Positions 60,011-64,000 of a stretch of 64,000 bases of DNA are shown piece after piece. Made by a program: the position numbers and the translations under genes. Under the pieces are notes generated by a model. It worked only from the letters and a program-made list of their open reading frames with translations, did no database searches and had not been told where the DNA came from. The first letter of the stretch is position 1. Each line of letters starts with the position of its first letter. The stretch spans positions 500 through 64,499 of the forward strand of contig CAZEDS010000004.1 in NCBI GenBank assembly GCA_964510925.1, in the 5' to 3' direction. This DNA comes from an uncultured Candidatus Saccharibacteria bacterium (GTDB taxonomy: Bacteria > Patescibacteriota > WWE3 > 2-01-FULL-39-13).

Positions 60011-60837
60011 CCCTGATTCAATCGATAGTGTTGGGTTTCACACAAGGTCTTACAGAGTTTTTGCCAGTATCTTCGTCAGGACACTTGCGGTTAGTTCCCT
60101 TTTTATTAGGGTGGCCAGAACATCCGTTGTATTTTGACGTAGCTTTGCATTTAGGAACATCTTTGGCAGTGATTATTTATTTTAGAAAATTGTGGTTTGA
60201 TTTTATTAAATCATTTTTTATTGATTTGAATGAAATGATTTTTGGCAATGGTATAAAAAATTTTGATACTGATAAATTACGACCACAGACCAAAACATTG
60301 ATTACGATTTTTGTTGTTTCTATTCCAGTTGCGATTATTGGCTATGTTGTTGAAAAAAAGTTTGAATCATTTTTGAACTCCCCTACCCTGATTGCTTGGA
60401 GCTTGTTAATTTTTTCGGCTGTAATGTTTTATGCTGACAAATTTGGCGCAAAAAATTCAAAAGAAAAATTAACGTTTTGGGATTCATTATTTATTTCTTT
60501 GAGCCAGACTTTGGCTCTTGTTCCTGGAGTATCTAGATCAGGGGCAACTATTTCTACGGGACTTTTTAGAGGCTTGAGTAGATACTCTGCGAGTGAATTT
60601 TCATTTTTGTTATCGACTCCAATAATTTTAGGTGCAGGGATTTTAAAAGCAGATGAAATTTTTCTTGCAGGAAATGATTCGATTAATGTAATGATTGGGA
60701 TTTTGGTTTCATTTTTGTCAGGATTTGTAGCAATAAGCTTTATGTTGAAGTTTTTGAAAACAAATAGTTTAAATATTTTTATTGTTTATCGAATAATCAT
60801 TGCATTGGTTCTGTTTTTTGTGATTGGAAAACTATAA
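60007..60837 (+). CDS. uppP: undecaprenyl-diphosphate phosphatase
   Basis: QGLTEFLPVSSSGH, PGVSRSG, FSFLLS.P. Confidence 0.95.
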   Translation: MTLIQSIVLGFTQGLTEFLPVSSSGHLRLVPFLLGWPEHPLYFDVALHLGTSLAVIIYFRKLWFDFIKSFFIDLNEMIFGNGIKNFDTDKLRPQTKTLITIFVVSIPVAIIGYVVEKKFESFLNSPTLIAWSLLIFSAVMFYADKFGAKNSKEKLTFWDSLFISLSQTLALVPGVSRSGATISTGLFRGLSRYSASEFSFLLSTPIILGAGILKADEIFLAGNDSINVMIGILVSFLSGFVAISFMLKFLKTNSLNIFIVYRIIIALVLFFVIGKL

Positions 60838-60879
60838 TCACAGTATGCACGATTGCCTTTTAACTATATAATCCAGATT

Positions 60880-63432
60880 ATGTTTTTAAGCTATATTGAC
60901 TCTATTATTAACCCAAATAAATTTAAACTTGCAAAGCCGACGCAGATTTTAAAAAGAATAAATGATCTTGAATCAAAATATAAGGAATACACGGATCTTC
61001 AATTAAAAGAAGCTATTTTATCTTTTAAAGAAGATTTAAGAAAAGACTCAAAAGACGTTGATTTTAAAGTTTTGAACGATAAGCTTGATGCTTTGTTGCC
61101 TGATGTTTATGCAATTATTCGTGAGGCATCATTGCGTGTTATGAATCAACGACATCGAGACGTTCAGCTTATTGCTGGAATTGTTTTGCATCAAGGCAAG
61201 ATTGCTGAGCAAAAAACAGGAGAGGGTAAGACTCTTACTGCAACACTTCCGCTTATATTAAATTCACTGACTGGACGAGGTGCACATTTGATTACTCCAA
61301 ATGATTACTTATCAAAACATGGCGCGGGTTGGTATGGACCTCTTTTTGATTTTTTAGGTATAACTGTCGGAGTTATTGTTGATGACTTATCTTATGTTTA
61401 TGATGTTGAATATTTGGTTCCTGATGTAATTGACGAATACACAAAGCATTTAAGACCTGTTGGTCGTGCACAGGCATATCAAGCAGATATCACCTATGGG
61501 ACTGCGAGTTCTTTTGGTTTTGATTATTTGCGTGACAACATGGCAAAAGAATTGAACCGAATTTCACAGCAAAATCCAAATGGCGATTATGGTGATCATA
61601 ATTTTGCGATCGTTGACGAGGTAGATGCAATTTTGATTGATATTGCTAGAACTCCACTTATTATTTCTGGGCCATCAACGGATACCGCTGAAGATTATTT
61701 AAAATTTGCACATCTTGCAGAAGGTTTAGTTGAAGGAACTGATTACACTAAAGATGAAAAAGAAAAGTTTTTAATGTTAACTGAACTTGGTATTAATAAA
61801 ATCGAACGAAAGTTAGGTGTCGAAAATCTTTATGAAAAAGATTTTAATACGGTTCATCGGATTGAGAACTCCTTAAAGGCGAAAGTTTTTTTTCATAAAA
61901 ACAAAGATTATATTGTTCGTGATGGTGAGATTTTAATTATTGATCAAAATACTGGGCGTGTATTGTCAGGTAATCGCTGGAGTCGAGGTTTGCATCAAGC
62001 AATTGAGGCAAAGGAAAATCTAAAAGTTCAGGCAGAAAACAAAACAGTCGCAACAATTTCATATCAAAATTATTTTAGATTGTATAGAAAACTTTCTGGT
62101 ATGACTGGTACGGCTTCGACTGAGTCCGAAGAATTTTATAAAATTTATAATTTGGATGTTGTTGTTATTCCTACTAATAAAAAAATTGCGAGAGTTGATC
62201 GTCCTGATATTGTTTATAAAACTGAAACTGGAAAATTTCAAGCAATAGCAAAAGATATTCAAGAAAGAAATAAAAAAGGTCAGCCAATTTTAATCGGAAC
62301 AATAAGTATTCAAAAATCTGAATTGATTTCAAAATATTTAAAACATTTAGGTGTAAAACATGAAATTTTGAACGCAAAACACCATGACCGTGAAGCTCAA
62401 ATCATTAGGCAAGCAGGTCAAAAAGGTTCGGTTACTGTTGCTACAAATATGGCTGGTCGAGGAGTTGATATTATTTTAGGTGGTGATCCTTTTGATAAAG
62501 AAAAATTTGATGAAATAACTTCGTTGGGTGGTTTGTTTGTTGTAGGAACTGAAAGACATGATTCAAGACGAATTGATAATCAGTTAAGAGGTCGATCAGG
62601 TCGACAAGGTGAAATTGGTGAATCAAGATTTTATTTGTCGCTTCAAGATGATTTGGTTCGAATTTTTGGAGGTTCAACAATTGAGTCAATAATGACTCGA
62701 ATGGGAGTTGGTGATGAAGTTCCAATTGAAGCTGGATTGATTTCCAAATCAATTGAAAGTGCACAAAAAAAGGTTGAAGGTATAAATTTTGATATGCGAC
62801 GTAGGCTTGTAGAGTTTGATGATGTTATTAATATTCAGCGTGAATCAATTTATAGAATGCGTCGCAGAATTTTATTTGCTGAATTTGAAAAACGTGAAGG
62901 TTTGTATGAGTGGTTAGCAAAAAAACTTGATCCACAAAAGTTTAATTTTGAAGAACTAAGAATAGATAGAGAAAAAGAATATGGCGAAATGGTTTGGTTT
63001 CAAGTTTGCAGAAATATTTGTTTGGATACGATTGATTTTTTATGGATGGATCATATTGATACGATGGATGATTTAAAAACTGAGGTAAGCCTACGACATT
63101 ATGGGCAATTGGATGATGTTGTCGAATATAAGCGAGAAGCAAGAATTTTATTTGATGCGTTAGTTTCAGAGATCAACAATACTATTACTGATAGATTAGA
63201 AAAAATTGAGGTAAAAGTTGAATATATAAATGAACCAACTAACACGGAGACTTCAAATCAATTTGTTACAAATAATCCTGATGTTATTGAGAGCGGTTTT
63301 AAAGATGAGGCTGCTGCTCTTTTAACACGGGCAAATGATGGTTCAATCGATTTTTCAAAAGCAAAGCGCAATGATCCATGTCCATGTGGTAGTGGGAGGA
63401 AGTTCAAGAATTGCCACGGGCGCAATTCTTGA
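60880..63432 (+). CDS. secA: preprotein translocase subunit SecA
   Basis: KTGEGKT, DEVD, GMTGTA, TNMAGRG, QLRGRSGRQG, SEC-C motif CPCGSGRKFKNCH. Confidence 0.97.
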   Translation: MFLSYIDSIINPNKFKLAKPTQILKRINDLESKYKEYTDLQLKEAILSFKEDLRKDSKDVDFKVLNDKLDALLPDVYAIIREASLRVMNQRHRDVQLIAGIVLHQGKIAEQKTGEGKTLTATLPLILNSLTGRGAHLITPNDYLSKHGAGWYGPLFDFLGITVGVIVDDLSYVYDVEYLVPDVIDEYTKHLRPVGRAQAYQADITYGTASSFGFDYLRDNMAKELNRISQQNPNGDYGDHNFAIVDEVDAILIDIARTPLIISGPSTDTAEDYLKFAHLAEGLVEGTDYTKDEKEKFLMLTELGINKIERKLGVENLYEKDFNTVHRIENSLKAKVFFHKNKDYIVRDGEILIIDQNTGRVLSGNRWSRGLHQAIEAKENLKVQAENKTVATISYQNYFRLYRKLSGMTGTASTESEEFYKIYNLDVVVIPTNKKIARVDRPDIVYKTETGKFQAIAKDIQERNKKGQPILIGTISIQKSELISKYLKHLGVKHEILNAKHHDREAQIIRQAGQKGSVTVATNMAGRGVDIILGGDPFDKEKFDEITSLGGLFVVGTERHDSRRIDNQLRGRSGRQGEIGESRFYLSLQDDLVRIFGGSTIESIMTRMGVGDEVPIEAGLISKSIESAQKKVEGINFDMRRRLVEFDDVINIQRESIYRMRRRILFAEFEKREGLYEWLAKKLDPQKFNFEELRIDREKEYGEMVWFQVCRNICLDTIDFLWMDHIDTMDDLKTEVSLRHYGQLDDVVEYKREARILFDALVSEINNTITDRLEKIEVKVEYINEPTNTETSNQFVTNNPDVIESGFKDEAAALLTRANDGSIDFSKAKRNDPCPCGSGRKFKNCHGRNS

Positions 63433-63491
63433 TACTACGCATTAAAATTGCCACGGGCGCAATTCTTGATGCTACACATTAAAATTGCCAC
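63409..63491 (+). repeat. 37-bp tandem repeat (~2.2 copies) spanning the secA stop
   Basis: AATTGCCACGGGCGCAATTCTTGAT(A/G)CTAC(G/A)CATTAA at 63409 and 63446, partial copy at 63483. Confidence 0.85.
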
Positions 63492-63499
63492 TGAAAAGG

Positions 63500-64000
63500 T
63501 TAATTGCTTGTTAGATTATCTTTCAAAATTTTTGTTGTATTTGAGTCAACTTTTCCATAAAGAATGAATGATGAATTGTCGAGATTCAAATGTGTTTTTA
63601 TAAAATTGTTGATTTCTGTGAGTGTAATTTTTTTGATTGAGTTTAGAACTGCTTTGGCAGTATAAATTTTTTCATCTAGTATTATCGCATTTACTAATAA
63701 ATTTTTATTCGCGCTAAAGCTATCGAATTGAAGTAGAGCACGGTTGTATGTATATTCTTTGTAGTGATTTAACTCTTCTTCTGTGATGCCTTCGTGCAAG
63801 AGCTTTCTGAATTCTTCTAAGTAAATTTTTAATGCTTGTTCGAATTTTATTGGTTCAATTTCAAAAGAAACATTAATTGCGCCAAATTTTGAATACAAAT
63901 AGGTTTCTGCATAAATGTCATAAAGCAAACCTTCTTTTTCTCGTAATCGTGAATATAAACGGCTTGTAGTTGTGTTCACGAGAATTTTTAAAGCGGTATT
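63500..64000 (-). CDS. M16 (pitrilysin-family) peptidase, C-terminal part
   Basis: SRLYSRLREKEGLLYDI, GITEEEL; frame is open to the window end. Confidence 0.85.
   Translation of the reverse strand, partial: NTALKILVNTTTSRLYSRLREKEGLLYDIYAETYLYSKFGAINVSFEIEPIKFEQALKIYLEEFRKLLHEGITEEELNHYKEYTYNRALLQFDSFSANKNLLVNAIILDEKIYTAKAVLNSIKKITLTEINNFIKTHLNLDNSSFILYGKVDSNTTKILKDNLTSN

Noticed and set aside
63409-63491. Possible CRISPR array (37-bp repeats)
   Set aside because: The repeats are contiguous with no spacers, overlap secA coding sequence, and no cas genes are present.
1-64000. Alternative genetic code (TGA=Gly, as in Gracilibacteria/SR1)
   Set aside because: Conserved genes are full length in code 11, and secA, serS, lysS and greA end at TGA at the expected positions.

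Overview
An AT-rich bacterial chromosome segment in standard code 11. Its gene mix (housekeeping genes among glycosyltransferases, secreted or membrane hypotheticals and little biosynthesis) suggests Patescibacteria/CPR; this is an inference. Recognisable genes include a thymidylate-synthase fusion, typA/bipA, a DEAD-box helicase, a ~14.7-kb surface-glycan operon, tsaC, a DrrAB-like ABC exporter, tgt, two tandem greA paralogs, lysS, a BpsA-like aminopropyltransferase with AdoMet decarboxylase, serS with a T-box, uppP, secA, tRNA-Gln(CTG) and tRNA-Glu(CTC). The top candidate novel system is at 1953-6005. Two paralogous 34-aa peptides sharing MKKxKLxxxxKNxQCxCACP (one absent from the ORF track) lie directly upstream of a radical SAM/SPASM-type enzyme, and the proximal one overlaps its start by ATGA. 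Operator-like repeats and two divergent receiver-less OmpR-type wHTH regulators accompany them, so this is a putative new RiPP family. Other candidates are a promoter/short RNA/terminator/NYN-RNase unit resembling type III toxin-antitoxin loci, a promoter-driven structured RNA with a perfect SD and a 5-codon ORF, tRNA-derived repeats, and REP-like palindromes.
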